Source: an uncultured Methanosarcinaceae archaeon (GTDB lineage: Archaea > Halobacteriota > Methanosarcinia > Methanosarcinales > Methanosarcinaceae). From it: 64,000 nucleotides of DNA. The stretch lies in assembly GCA_963727895.1 (NCBI GenBank), contig CAVSHT010000012.1, forward strand, positions 160,001-224,000, in the 5' to 3' direction. The number at the start of each line of letters is the position of its first letter. Position 1 is the stretch's first letter. The translations under genes and the position numbers were made by a program. The notes under the pieces were generated by a model that saw nothing but the letters and a program-made list of their open reading frames with translations, was not told the origin of the DNA and ran no database searches. Positions 33,973-45,105 of the stretch are shown piece after piece.

Positions 33973-35259
33973 ATGCGAAGGGACTATATAGACACGGGTT
34001 ATAGCCCAAAAGATACCGATCTAATTTGTGAATTTCATCTCGAACCGTCAGTAGGAGTGAATTTTGAGGATGCTGCAACCCATATGACAGGGGAAAGTTC
34101 TATAGATTCCTGGACTGAAATCTCAACATTAAGTCCCGAACTTGGAGCGAAATTAAAGCCTCACGTCTTTTACGTGGACGAAGCAGCACAGACTGTACGG
34201 GTGGCTTATTCTGAAGAACTTTTTGAACCGGGTTCGGTTCCACAGGTACTCAGTGCGGTTGCAGGAAATATCTTGAGCATGAAAATTGTTGACAACTTAA
34301 GGCTACAGGATATTGCTTTCCCTAAATCGATGTTACGTGAGTTCAAAGGCCCTAAATTCGGGTTGCCAGGTATTAGAAAACTTACAGGTGTGCAGGAAAG
34401 GCCTCTTATAGGAACTATTGTCAAACCAAAGGTTGGTTTGACCTCTGAAAAGCACGCCGAGGTTGCTTATAATTCCTTTATAGGGGGTTGCGATCTTGTC
34501 AAGGATGATGAAAATCTTACGGATCAAGGATTCAACCGCTTTGAAAAAAGAGCTGAACTCACTCTGAAACTTGCAGAAAAGGCAGAATATGAGACCGGAG
34601 AGCGTAAAATGTATCTCTGTAACATTACTGCCCCAACCTGTAAGGAAATGATTCGCCGCATGAATATTCTTAAAGATCTGGGTGCCAGCTATGCGATGAT
34701 CGACATAGTACCTGCAGGCTGGACTGCGCTTCAGACCCTCAGGGAAGAGGTTGAAGATAGTGGTCTTGCACTTCATGCTCATCGCTGTATGCATTCGGCA
34801 TATACTCGAAATCCACGTCATGGGATAAGTATGCTTGTAGTTGCCAAGCTTTGCAGACTAATCGGGCTTGATCAGCTTCATATAGGTACGGTCGTAGGGA
34901 AAATGCACGGAGAAAAACATGAAGTTCTGACTCTTAGGGATGAATGTTTACTCGACAGTGTGCCTGCGGACGAAAGCCAGCACGTACTTGCTCAGGATTG
35001 GGGTAGATTAAATCCTATGTTTCCGGTTGCTTCAGGAGGGCTTGCCCCTACTATGATTCCTGACCTGTACTCTATTTTTGGAAAAGATGTAATTATGCAG
35101 TTTGGTGGTGGAATTCATGCTCATCCTATGGGTACGGCGGCTGGAGCTACTGCTTGCAGGCAGGCATTTGAAGCAACCCTTGAAAGAGTTAGCCTGAAGG
35201 AATATGCGAAAAATCACAGAGAACTTGGAGTTGCGATTGATAAGTGGCTGAAAAAATAA
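33973..35259 (+). CDS. rbcL: Ribulose-1,5-bisphosphate carboxylase, form III
   Basis: GTIVKPKVG, DLVKDDE carbamylation motif, HAHR, VGKMHG loop 6, ASGG, QFGGG; SD AGGAGG. Confidence 0.95.
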   Translation: MRRDYIDTGYSPKDTDLICEFHLEPSVGVNFEDAATHMTGESSIDSWTEISTLSPELGAKLKPHVFYVDEAAQTVRVAYSEELFEPGSVPQVLSAVAGNILSMKIVDNLRLQDIAFPKSMLREFKGPKFGLPGIRKLTGVQERPLIGTIVKPKVGLTSEKHAEVAYNSFIGGCDLVKDDENLTDQGFNRFEKRAELTLKLAEKAEYETGERKMYLCNITAPTCKEMIRRMNILKDLGASYAMIDIVPAGWTALQTLREEVEDSGLALHAHRCMHSAYTRNPRHGISMLVVAKLCRLIGLDQLHIGTVVGKMHGEKHEVLTLRDECLLDSVPADESQHVLAQDWGRLNPMFPVASGGLAPTMIPDLYSIFGKDVIMQFGGGIHAHPMGTAAGATACRQAFEATLERVSLKEYAKNHRELGVAIDKWLKK

Positions 35260-35303
35260 GCTGGAAAAGAGTAACATAAAAAATATAATGGAGTTTACCT
35301 CTT

Positions 35304-36404
35304 GTGCAGGCAGAAGACGGAAATAAAGTAAAAACCCTCGTTTTCCGGGTTTCCAATGAAAATTTTGATTCCGTCCTTAACAGGGCGGCAGAGATTATCA
35401 AGAGTGGCGGAACTGTAGCTTTCCCAACGGAAACTGTCTACGGGCTTGGAGCTGACTGTCTTAATTCCGAGTCAGTATTAAAGATTTTTGAGGCAAAAAA
35501 GCGTCCTCCAGGAAATCCTCTTAGCCTGCTTGTTCATTCAAGGGAAGATGTTGAGAAAGTGGCAAGAAATATTCCAGAAAATGCTTTCAAGCTAATGGAT
35601 TCTTTCTGGCCTGGTCCTCTTACAATTGTCCTTGAAAAAAAAGATATTGTTCCCGACATTACCTCCGGAAAACTGAAATCAATAGGAGTCCGCATGCCTG
35701 ACCATAAAATTCCTCTGGAACTCATACAGAGGGCAGGCACACCTCTTGCTGCTCCCAGTGCTAACCTCTCAGGAAAGCCCAGTCCGAGCTTTGCAGCTCA
35801 TGTCATCTCGGATCTAACAGGCAGGATTGATGTAATTCTTGATGGGGGAGAGGCTGCTATAGGTCTTGAATCAACTGTAATTGATATGACTGTCGATCCG
35901 CCTGATGTGCTAAGGCCCGGAGCCATAAGTATCAAAGAACTTGAAAGCGTTATAGGAAAGGTAAGATCAGGATACAAAACCGAAACCGGGAATGAATCAG
36001 ATCTTTCGGAAAAGAAGGCAGGTCAAAAATACGGGCATTACACGCCTGACACAAAGGTTGTTCTTGTCGAAGGAGAAGGTAAACAGGTTTTGCAGGAGCT
36101 TATTAAATTACTTGAGAGTTACATATCTCAGGGGCTGAAAGTCGGGCTTCTTCTCAGTGAGGAAACCATTAAGGAAATTGAGGTCTTCTTTGCTTTGAAA
36201 AACTTAGAACCATATGAGTGCTTTTTGCTGGGATCCAGGAAAAAACCTGAAATAGCTGCCAAGAAACTTTTTGAAGGTCTAAGAAAGCTTGATAAGAAAG
36301 GGCTGGATGTAATTGTGGCTGATGGATCTTTCAGTCGCTTAGGGCTTGGGGAAGCGTTAATTAACCGGTTGAGGGAAGCTTCTTCCATAAAGATTGCTGT
36401 TTAA
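35304..36404 (+). CDS. sua5: L-threonylcarbamoyladenylate synthase Sua5
   Basis: AFPTETVYGLGA, WPGPLT, RMPDH, APSANLSG, C-terminal SUA5 domain. Confidence 0.94.
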   Translation: MQAEDGNKVKTLVFRVSNENFDSVLNRAAEIIKSGGTVAFPTETVYGLGADCLNSESVLKIFEAKKRPPGNPLSLLVHSREDVEKVARNIPENAFKLMDSFWPGPLTIVLEKKDIVPDITSGKLKSIGVRMPDHKIPLELIQRAGTPLAAPSANLSGKPSPSFAAHVISDLTGRIDVILDGGEAAIGLESTVIDMTVDPPDVLRPGAISIKELESVIGKVRSGYKTETGNESDLSEKKAGQKYGHYTPDTKVVLVEGEGKQVLQELIKLLESYISQGLKVGLLLSEETIKEIEVFFALKNLEPYECFLLGSRKKPEIAAKKLFEGLRKLDKKGLDVIVADGSFSRLGLGEALINRLREASSIKIAV

Positions 36405-36456
36405 GCTCAAATACGTGCAAATTTGAGATTCGTTTATTGTTTGAGAGGGAAGGATT

Positions 36457-36690
36457 TTGAACGCCGAGAAAAAGGAAAATCTAGCAAAAACGCAGGCTTA
36501 TAAAAAAGTGGTAACTCAGAATAAAAAGATAAATAAGATTAACCTTGTAGTGTTGGCTGCAGGTCTGCTTTTAATAATTCTGGGCATGGAAAAGGTAGGA
36601 AGCTATCTTATCTGGGTAGGTATTTTTGTCCTATTTGTAACTACAATTTCAAACATTCTTGCATCAGGTTCTCTTCGCAAGCAGAGATAA
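36457..36690 (+). CDS. Small two-TM hypothetical protein
   Basis: TTG after GAGGGAAGG; two hydrophobic helices; lies between sua5 and polC. Confidence 0.6.
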   Translation: MNAEKKENLAKTQAYKKVVTQNKKINKINLVVLAAGLLLIILGMEKVGSYLIWVGIFVLFVTTISNILASGSLRKQR

Positions 36691-36737
36691 TATTGATTTA
36701 ACATTGATTTTTTTCTTTTTTAAAGGGGCGTTTTCAA

Positions 36738-39700
36738 ATGGGAGAAACAATTGCAAGTAAGGAAATGCACGAATATTTTGACGAACTTGAAACAAGACTC
36801 AAAGCGGCTATAAAGATTGCAAATATAGCTCGAGCTCGTGGAAGCGACCCAAAGCCCGTTGTAGAGATTCCCCTTGCCAAGGATCTTGCTGATAGAGTTG
36901 AGAACCTTATAGGAGTAGAAGGTGTAGCTGCAAAGATCCGGGAACTCGAAGAAAAAATGTCAAGGGAAGAATCTGCTCTAGAAATAGGTCGTCAGGTTGC
37001 AGAAGGAGAAGTAGGGAACTTCCCAACAAAAAAGGATGCAGTTGAAGCTGCGATCCGGGTTTCCATGGCCGTCATTACAGAAGGGGTAGTTGCAGCTCCG
37101 ATTGAAGGAATTAATAAGGTAGAACTGGGAAAGAACGACGATGGTTCAGAGTATATCCGGATTTTTATTCCGGACCCATCCGGAGTGCAGGTGGAACAGC
37201 CCAGGCTCTTTCCGTGCTCGTTGGTGATTACGTAAGGCGTGGGATAGGGATTGACCGATATAAGCCAAGACCTGAGGAAGTAGAGCGTTATGTAGAAGAG
37301 ATCGTTCTTTACAAGAGAGTCGCAAGTTTGCAGTATATGCCTTCGGAAGATGAGATCCGTTTGATAGTCAAGAATTGTCCTGTATGTATTGATGGAGACC
37401 CAACCGAGGAAGCTGAGGTTGAAGGGCACAGAGATCTCGAAAGAATCGGAACAAATCGCATTAGAGGGGGAATGTGCCTTGTGCTTGCCGAAGGGCTTGC
37501 CCTTAAAGCTCCCAAAGTCAAGAAACACGTTAATAAGTTGAATATGGACGGATGGGACTGGCTGGATATTCTCATAGGGGGTGCAAAAACCGGAGGCGAT
37601 GAAGAGGATGATCAGAAGAACAAAATCAAGCCAAAGGATAAGTATATAAGAGATCTGATTGCAGGCAGGCCAGTTTTCTCCCATCCTTCAAGACCAGGAG
37701 GATTCAGACTCCGCTATGGACGTTCCAGAAATACTTCTTTTGCGGCTGCTGGGATCAATCCGTCTACTATGGTTTTGCTTGACGATTTTATCTCTAATGG
37801 AACTCAACTCAAGGTCGAAAGGCCTGGGAAAGCTGCAGCCATGTCTGCTGTCGATTCAATAGAAGGACCAACTGTGCGTCTTTATTCCGGAGATCTTGTC
37901 CGTGTAGACGATATAAAAGAAGCTTATGAGATTCGCTCGCAGGTCGAGGTAATAGTAGATATCGGAGAAATCCTGATCAATTATGGGGATTTTCTGGAAA
38001 ACAATCATCCTCTCATGCCTTCACCTTATGTTTTTGAATGGTGGATTTATGACTATGAAGCAGCTTGCTCTGAGAAAATACCTGAAGAAAAATTAAAAAA
38101 TCCGTCGGCAACTCTGGCTCTTAGGCTTGCGGAGGAATATGATGTACCTCTACATCCGAAGTTTACGTATCTGTGGCACGATATTAATAGAAACGAGTTT
38201 GAGGCTTTAAGGAAATTAGTGATTGAGGACGGGAGTTTTTCGGTTGAAAGTGGAATTCTTAAGCTTCCCATGAAAGTTTGTGTGGATACAGGAATCAAAC
38301 TTATACTTGAAAAACTTCTTGTACTTCACAGGGTAAAAGCTGACACAATCCTAATTGAAAAAGCTCTTCCTTTTATCTCTTGTCTTGGACTTGACTGTAA
38401 TCTTAAAGAAAAGATTAAAATGCCTGATACCGATAATATGGTAAATGCTGCATCTCTTTTAAGTGGGTTTAAAGTTCTTCCAAGGGCTCCTTCGAGGATA
38501 GGGGCTAGGATGGGAAGACCGGAAAAAGCAAACATGCGAAAGATGTCTCCTGCAGCCCAGGTTCTTTTTCCAATAGGTAATGCTGGAGGAATTACGAGGA
38601 ATCTTGTATCTGCTTCAAGTTATTCGGCTTCCATGAATGGACAAATAGGTGAAATTGAAGTGGAGATGGGAATAAGGAAATGCCTTGACTGTGGAAAAGA
38701 AACTTATTTATGGCGTTGTGACTGTGGAGGATATACTTCTCCCAAGCTCTCCTGCCCTCGTTGCAAGATTGAGGTTCAAGGTTCTGAAACTTGTCCCAAA
38801 TGCGGTAAAAAGCTAACTTCTGTTTCAAATGTCAAACTGGATTTTCGTTCCATCTACAAACAGGCCTTTGAAAACGTAGGGGAAAGGGAAAAAATGGACC
38901 TTATCAAAGGTGTAAAAAGGCTTATGAACGGGCAGATGACTCCGGAACCTTTAGAAAAGGGAATCTTGAGGGCAAAACATGGTATTTATATTTTTAAGGA
39001 TGGAACTGTCCGCTATGATATGTCAGATATCCCACTTACACATATCCGGGCTGATGAAATCGGAATAACAGCAGTTAAACTTAGGGAACTCGGTTATGTA
39101 GAAGACGTTTACGGAAATCCTCTTGAAAGAGATGATCAAGTTGTCTGCCTGAAAGTCCAGGATCTTGTGATTTCTTATGATGGTGGAGAGTATATGTTGC
39201 GTACCGCACAATACGTGGATGACCTGCTTGTGAAATATTACGGCGTTGAGCCCTACTACAATGCCAAAACAATCCAGGATCTGGTGGGTGTACTACTCAT
39301 TGGGCTTGCTCCGCACACTTCGGCAGGCGTACTAGGACGTTTAATAGGGTTTACTAAAGCTTCAGTTGGGTATGCTCATCCTTTCTTTCATGCGTCAAAA
39401 CGCAGGAATTGTGACGGAGACGAGGATTGTGTAATGCTTCTCATGGATGGAATCCTTAATTTTTCTAGATCTTATCTTCCAGATAAAAGGGGTGGAAAAA
39501 TGGATGCTCCTCTTGTGCTTACTACTAGAATTGATCCCAAGGAAGTAGACAAGGAAGCGCATAATATAGACGTGTCTGCCAGATATCCTCTGGAGTTCTA
39601 TAAGGCTACCCAGGAAATCAAAAATCCTACAGAGCTTGAAGATATTATGGATCTGGTGAGTAGCCGACTTGGGACACCGGAACAGTATGAGCATTTTATG

Positions 39701-40165
39701 TTTACACATGATACTTCTGATATTGCTGCAGGCCCTCTTAATTCTTCATATAAAACTCTAGGAAGCATGATTGAAAAAATGGAAGCTCAACTTTCACTTG
39801 CCAATAAAATAAGGGCAGTGGATGCTCCAGATGTGGCTGAAAGAGTGCTAAAGTCTCATTTTCTACCTGATCTCATGGGAAATCTCCGTTCTTTTTCAAG
39901 GCAGCGGATGCGCTGTATAAAGTGTGGAGAAAAATTCAGGCGACCTCCTCTTACAGGAGCCTGTCCTAAATGTGGAGGTAATGTAGTGCTGACTGTGCAC
40001 GAAGGAGCTGTCCGCAAATATCTTGAGATTTCAAAGGAAATTGGAGAAAGGTATGGAGTTTCCAGTTATACCCAGCAGAGAATTGAACTTCTGGATAAAG
40101 ATATATGTTCTCTATTCGAAAATCACAAAAGTAAACAAATGGGACTTTCGGAGTTTATGTCTTGA
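36738..40165 (+). CDS. polC: DNA polymerase D large subunit DP2; apparent 1-nt deletion at 37162-37166
   Basis: [12 protein letters not shown]; adding one T restores [35 protein letters not shown] catalytic motif; C-terminal Zn fingers; no intein seen. Confidence 0.95.
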
Positions 40166-40221
40166 TATTCGCGCTGAGAAGTTAATCTCAAATCTTATTT
40201 TGAGTTCTGGTTTAATCTGAT

Positions 40222-41457
40222 TTATTCTACAGGTAGCCCAAGAGAATTAATTTGCTCTATAAGCTCAGTAAAGTTTTCAATTTCCAGTTCCAAAACTTCT
40301 TCTTTTTTCATACCTATTGACATTTCGCCGTCTACGGACAGACTTTCAGGACCTCTACGAACAAGCCTGTCAATGCCGTCTTTTTTAAGTGCTTCTTTAA
40401 CTTCCATATCATGTACAAAGGCTCTTCCAGGGATAAATACAGTCTCATTTACTTCTGAAAGGTCCAACTTCTTGAAATCTTCAATGGTAATGAGGCATCC
40501 AATGTCTTTCTTTAGAGACACGACATTTACAGAACCTCCAAGTGTTTCAAAGATTTCTCTCAGCCTTGGAGCTGCTATCTGACCTGTAATGACAGTTGCT
40601 CTTTTTGTTATTCTTGGGAGTTTTTCCAGGGCTTCTGGATCATTCCGGATAGCAAAAGGAGAACCAATTAAAGGATCTTCGAGCGGGGTTCCTGTAATCC
40701 TCATAGAAGGATGCTTTGCTGCCGAGCTGCGCACTAGCTCAGTAAATTCTTCAACAGTATGTGGAATTACGCTAGGAATGATAGGAGCATTGTTCAGGAT
40801 AAGCCCGTTTTCTTGAAAGTTTGCAAATCGCATCAGGATAGCTCCTTTTGCGCCCATATTTTCTAAGTCACTGAGGGTTCTATCGAGAGTTTCTCCGTCG
40901 TTTACTCCCGAAATGAGCACAATCGCCCCATATACATTACAATGAGCACAGAAGTCATGAAGAACCTGTAACGAAGCTTCAGGTTCCGGGTCTTTCATGT
41001 ACTCAGCTCTTAAAACCGGATCAGTTGCAAAAACTGTATAACTTACCTCTGTGACCCCATGATCTATATAGAAAGAAGCATCATCAAAATTGCTGAACCC
41101 TTTTCCGCTTGTGTATCCTAGATGTATCGGAATTTTGAACTGGGACAAGAATTCGACAAGCATTTTAAGTTCTGGATAACAGCTCAAATCGCCTCCACCA
41201 CTGATGGTGAATTTTTTTACCTCCCCACTTGAGAAATAGAGCTTTCCAGCAGTTTCCTCCAGTACTATTTGGAGCGGTTTGAAACCTGTATATGACTCTT
41301 TTACACTGCGAGTGCAGTAGTCACATCCTTTTTTGAAAGGAAGGCAATACTTACAGCCTAAGGGCTGAATTTCTTTTACTTTTTTAAAATAACAATATCT
41401 GCAAAAACCTCTGCAATCTACCCCTGGATTCCCACCTACGTCGACAGTTACTTCCAT
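40222..41457 (-). CDS. mmp10: Methanogenesis marker protein 10, radical SAM MCR arginine methyltransferase
   Basis: [10 protein letters not shown] radical SAM motif, GCKYC..GCDYC second Cys motif; divergent from mcrB. Confidence 0.93.
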   Translation of the reverse strand: MEVTVDVGGNPGVDCRGFCRYCYFKKVKEIQPLGCKYCLPFKKGCDYCTRSVKESYTGFKPLQIVLEETAGKLYFSSGEVKKFTISGGGDLSCYPELKMLVEFLSQFKIPIHLGYTSGKGFSNFDDASFYIDHGVTEVSYTVFATDPVLRAEYMKDPEPEASLQVLHDFCAHCNVYGAIVLISGVNDGETLDRTLSDLENMGAKGAILMRFANFQENGLILNNAPIIPSVIPHTVEEFTELVRSSAAKHPSMRITGTPLEDPLIGSPFAIRNDPEALEKLPRITKRATVITGQIAAPRLREIFETLGGSVNVVSLKKDIGCLITIEDFKKLDLSEVNETVFIPGRAFVHDMEVKEALKKDGIDRLVRRGPESLSVDGEMSIGMKKEEVLELEIENFTELIEQINSLGLPVE

Positions 41458-41717
41458 ATTAAACTTTCGTATTAATAAGATATTACTAAATCTTTTTGGT
41501 ATGACTCTTAAGTATAAAATTATCTTATTAAAATTATTAATATATTTTTTTACGCATGAGTCAAAAAATTTTTCTATATAATTTCTTTTATTTTCCACAT
41601 CTTTAAGTAATGTTAATGTTCTATTTTTTCGACTGATCTCGTTTTATTGTATAATTCTTAAAAAATAATTCTCATATTAATAAAATATATTTTAAAAAAA
41701 TATATGAATTCATTGAG

Positions 41718-41876
41718 CGAAAAACACAAAAGATTTAAGTACCTTCCAAACGAATGAGATTTCATTGGGAAAGTGGACACTTAAAAACGAAGCGGTACTT
41801 GATTTATGAAGTGCAAAAGCACTTGAATAGGTGACCAGTCCCAAAATGATTTTAATAAATTAAGGAGGAAATTAAA
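41718..41876 (+). promoter_or_regulatory. mcr promoter and structured 5' leader
   Basis: A-rich BRE region, TATA TTTAAGTA (41734-41741), short hairpins AAGTG-GA-CACTT and AAGTGC-AAAA-GCACTT, SD AGGAGG. Confidence 0.75.
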
Positions 41877-43181
41877 GTGTCTGACACAGTAGACATCTAC
41901 GACGACAGAGGAAAACTGCTCGAGAGCAAAGTCGACATTCTGAGCCTTGCTCCAACAAGAAACGCAGCAATTAAAAAGATTATCATGGACACCAAGAGGT
42001 CTGTAGCAGTCAACCTCGCAGGTATTCAGGGTGCACTTGCCAGCGGTAAGATGGGCGGTAAGGGCCGTCAGATCTTAGGCCGTGGGCTCAACTACGATAT
42101 TGTAGGCAATGCTGATGCAATTGCAGAAAAAGTTCAAAAGCTCGTCCAGGTCGAAGAAGGCGACGATACCAACATCATCAAAGTCAAGGGCGGAAAGAGC
42201 CTCTTGATCCAGTCCCCTCAATCTAGGATAATTGCAGGTGCTGACTTCATGTCCGCAACTACAGTTGGTGCAGCAGCAGTCACCCAGACGATTCTGGACA
42301 TGTTCGGAACTGATCCTTATGATGCCCCCATCGTAAAAGCAGCTGTTTGGGGAAGCTACCCACAGACAATGGATCTCATGGGAGGCCAGGTTCAGAGTAT
42401 TCTCAGTATCCCCCAGAACAATGAAGGTCTCGGTTTCTCCCTCAGGAACATTATGGCAAACCACGTTGCAGCAATTGCCAATCGGAATGCTATGAATGCA
42501 TCAGCTCTCTCTTCCATCTACGAACAGGCTGGTATTTACGAGATGGGTGGAGCAGTCGGTATGTTCGAGAGACATCAGCTCCTCGGGCTTGCATATCAGG
42601 GTCTCAATGCCAACAATCTTTTATATGACATTGTGAAAGAAAACGGTAAGCACGGTACCATTGGAACTGTTATCGAATCCGTTGTTCACAGGGCGATTGA
42701 AGCAGGTATTATTTCCGTTGACAAGACCGCTCCTTCTGGATACAAGTTCTATAAGGCAAATGATGTTCCAAAGTGGAATGCTTGTGCAGCAGTCGGTACT
42801 CTTGCAGCTACCCTGGTTAACTGTGGTGCAGGCCGTGCAGCTCAGAACGTTTCCTCAACACTTCTTTACTTCAACGATATCCTTGAAAAGGAGACCGGTC
42901 TCCCAGGATGCGACTACGGTAAAGTAGAAGGTACCGCAGTAGGTTTCTCATTCTTCAGTCACTCCATTTATGGTGGCGGTGGGCCTGGTGTCTTCAACGG
43001 TAACCACGTTGTTACCAGACACTCCAGAGGATTCGCAATTCCCTGCGTATGTGCAGCAGTAGCTCTTGATGCAGGTACCCAGATGTTCACAATCGAATCT
43101 ACCTCAGGTCTGATTGGTGACGTGTTTGGTGGAATTAAGGAATTCCGCGAGCCGATTAAGGCAGTTGCAGGAGCTCTCTAA
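41877..43181 (+). CDS. mcrB: Methyl-coenzyme M reductase beta subunit
   Basis: MSDTVDIYDDRG; FFSHSIYGGGGPG; GTG start. Confidence 0.99.
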   Translation: MSDTVDIYDDRGKLLESKVDILSLAPTRNAAIKKIIMDTKRSVAVNLAGIQGALASGKMGGKGRQILGRGLNYDIVGNADAIAEKVQKLVQVEEGDDTNIIKVKGGKSLLIQSPQSRIIAGADFMSATTVGAAAVTQTILDMFGTDPYDAPIVKAAVWGSYPQTMDLMGGQVQSILSIPQNNEGLGFSLRNIMANHVAAIANRNAMNASALSSIYEQAGIYEMGGAVGMFERHQLLGLAYQGLNANNLLYDIVKENGKHGTIGTVIESVVHRAIEAGIISVDKTAPSGYKFYKANDVPKWNACAAVGTLAATLVNCGAGRAAQNVSSTLLYFNDILEKETGLPGCDYGKVEGTAVGFSFFSHSIYGGGGPGVFNGNHVVTRHSRGFAIPCVCAAVALDAGTQMFTIESTSGLIGDVFGGIKEFREPIKAVAGAL

Positions 43182-43204
43182 ACAATAACTTAAAAGGTCT
43201 AAAG

Positions 43205-43720
43205 ATGTCAGACTCTGCTTCAAATACTGAAGATTCTATTCAAATCGAAATTTTTCCCAGTAGAATCCTGTCCCCTGAAACAGCTCAGAAGCTTATGGCT
43301 GAAATCTACAACGTGGACGGGGTAATCCGTGCTATAGTGCAGGGCAACAGACTACCTGATAAAGTGTCTGCCGGCCCTGGTACCGGAGAAAAAGTAGAAC
43401 ATCCACTGAGAAAGCCTATTCAGATTGGAGATCAGGTTATTGAATTGAAGATCTGTGTGGGTAGGATCAGGGTTGAACTTTCAAACGCCGAAGCTAAAGA
43501 AAAGATCAGGGAAGTATGCGAAAAATTGTTCCCTTTCCCCTTTGAATTTAGGGAAGGACATTTTCTCAAAAAGAAGCCTACTGTTACTGACTATGCTAAA
43601 CTTGGTCCTGAAGCAGATCCTCGGTTACTTGGTATGGTAGATCCTAAAGCCAGTACTGATCAGCTCGTCTTTATTGAGAAACAGGAGAAGAAAGAAGAGA
43701 AAAAGGATAAAGATGAGTGA
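43205..43720 (+). CDS. mcrD: MCR operon protein D
   Basis: IEIFPSRILSPETA, KPTVTDYAKLG; position after mcrB. Confidence 0.96.
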   Translation: MSDSASNTEDSIQIEIFPSRILSPETAQKLMAEIYNVDGVIRAIVQGNRLPDKVSAGPGTGEKVEHPLRKPIQIGDQVIELKICVGRIRVELSNAEAKEKIREVCEKLFPFPFEFREGHFLKKKPTVTDYAKLGPEADPRLLGMVDPKASTDQLVFIEKQEKKEEKKDKDE

Positions 43721-43726
43721 AAAAAT

Positions 43727-44347
43727 ATGATGATAGATCGGGAAACTCAGGTAGTTGACTGCCGATGCGGTGCGGGACTTGGTAGAGGAGGAGGACTTGC
43801 TCAGCGAGGTACTCTCTCAGAGGCTGGCCGTGCTGAGGTTGTAGCTATCGCTATGAGTCCCGGCCAAAGGCATATAACAAAACCGGTGTGTGAAATCACA
43901 TACGGTATGAGGAAAGAGAATATTCAGGTCAGTGTGTTGGTGCTCTATTCTGGCTCCGGAATACCTGAATCCGGTATGAGGACCGGGTCTTTTGTACTGA
44001 GTCCGGTAGAAGTTTCACAGATTGAAATGCACAAACTGGCTGTTATTCACCTAGGAAATATCAAGGACCATGTGATTAGAAAGGCCAGGGAAATACTGAG
44101 TCAGGCTAATATTCCGGCGATTGTAGTTAGCCAGATCCCGGTAGATTTTGAGGATTTTGCAGAAGCAGGGATTAAGACGAGATTAGTGATGCCAAGGGAC
44201 GAAAATATTCGTACAAAAGGAATCGTGATGGATATGGTAAGTGGAGTTACACGTGGTGATTCCTGTCCCAGGGATAAACTAAATTTAGTCGTTAAAAATG
44301 TTAAGACTACATTAGACCAGTTAGAAGATCATCAAGGAGTTGCATGA
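43727..44347 (+). CDS. mcrC: MCR operon protein C
   Basis: VDCRCGAGLGRGGGLAQRGT, HITKPVCEIT. Confidence 0.96.
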   Translation: MMIDRETQVVDCRCGAGLGRGGGLAQRGTLSEAGRAEVVAIAMSPGQRHITKPVCEITYGMRKENIQVSVLVLYSGSGIPESGMRTGSFVLSPVEVSQIEMHKLAVIHLGNIKDHVIRKAREILSQANIPAIVVSQIPVDFEDFAEAGIKTRLVMPRDENIRTKGIVMDMVSGVTRGDSCPRDKLNLVVKNVKTTLDQLEDHQGVA

Positions 44348-44348
44348 G

Positions 44349-45095
44349 ATGAGTTACAAAAGACAATTTTATCCAGGCGCAACATCAGTTGGCGCTAACA
44401 GAAGAAAACACATGTCTGGAAAACTTGAGAAACTCAGGGAAATTTCAGACGAAGACTTAACCGCAGTTCTCGGACATCGCGCTCCAGGAAGCGACTATCC
44501 AAGCACTCACCCACCACTTGCAGAGATGGGAGAGCCTGCATGCTCGACCCGTGAGAATGTTACACCTACACCTGGTGCAGCAGCAGGAGACAGAGTAAGG
44601 TACATTCAGTTCGCTGACTCTATGTACAATGCCCCTGCCACCCCATACTTCAGATCATACTTTGCAGCAATTAACTTCAGAGGTGTAGACCCAGGTACTC
44701 TTTCCGGCCGTCAGATCGTTGAAGCCCGTGAAAGAGACATGGAACAGTGCGCAAAGGTTCAGATGGAAACCGAAATCACTGACCATGCACTCGCAGGTCT
44801 GCGTGGTGCAACTGTGCACGGTCACTCTGTCCGTCTCCAGGAAGACGGTGTGATGTTCGACATGCTCGACAGGAGAAGACTCGAAAACGGTACCATTATA
44901 ATGGACAAGGACCAGGTTGCAATTCCACTCGACAGGAAAGTAGACCTTGGCAAGCCAATGTCCAGTGAAGAAGCTGCAAAGAGAACCACAATTTACCGTG
45001 TGGACAATGTAGCCTTCAGGGGCGACGCAGAAGTCGTCGAATGGGTACACAGGATATTCGATCAGAGAACTAAATTCGGTTTCCAGCCAAAATGA
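44349..45095 (+). CDS. mcrG: Methyl-coenzyme M reductase gamma subunit
   Basis: [32 protein letters not shown]. Confidence 0.99.
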   Translation: MSYKRQFYPGATSVGANRRKHMSGKLEKLREISDEDLTAVLGHRAPGSDYPSTHPPLAEMGEPACSTRENVTPTPGAAAGDRVRYIQFADSMYNAPATPYFRSYFAAINFRGVDPGTLSGRQIVEARERDMEQCAKVQMETEITDHALAGLRGATVHGHSVRLQEDGVMFDMLDRRRLENGTIIMDKDQVAIPLDRKVDLGKPMSSEEAAKRTTIYRVDNVAFRGDAEVVEWVHRIFDQRTKFGFQPK

Positions 45096-45105
45096 GGTGA
45101 CCACA

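Noticed and set aside
33973..35259. RuBisCO as evidence of a Calvin cycle
   Set aside because: Form III enzyme expected in Methanosarcina; no phosphoribulokinase in the window
36738..40165. Possible intein or natural split in DP2
   Set aside because: Joined length ~1140 aa with contiguous motifs; the break is a single missing base
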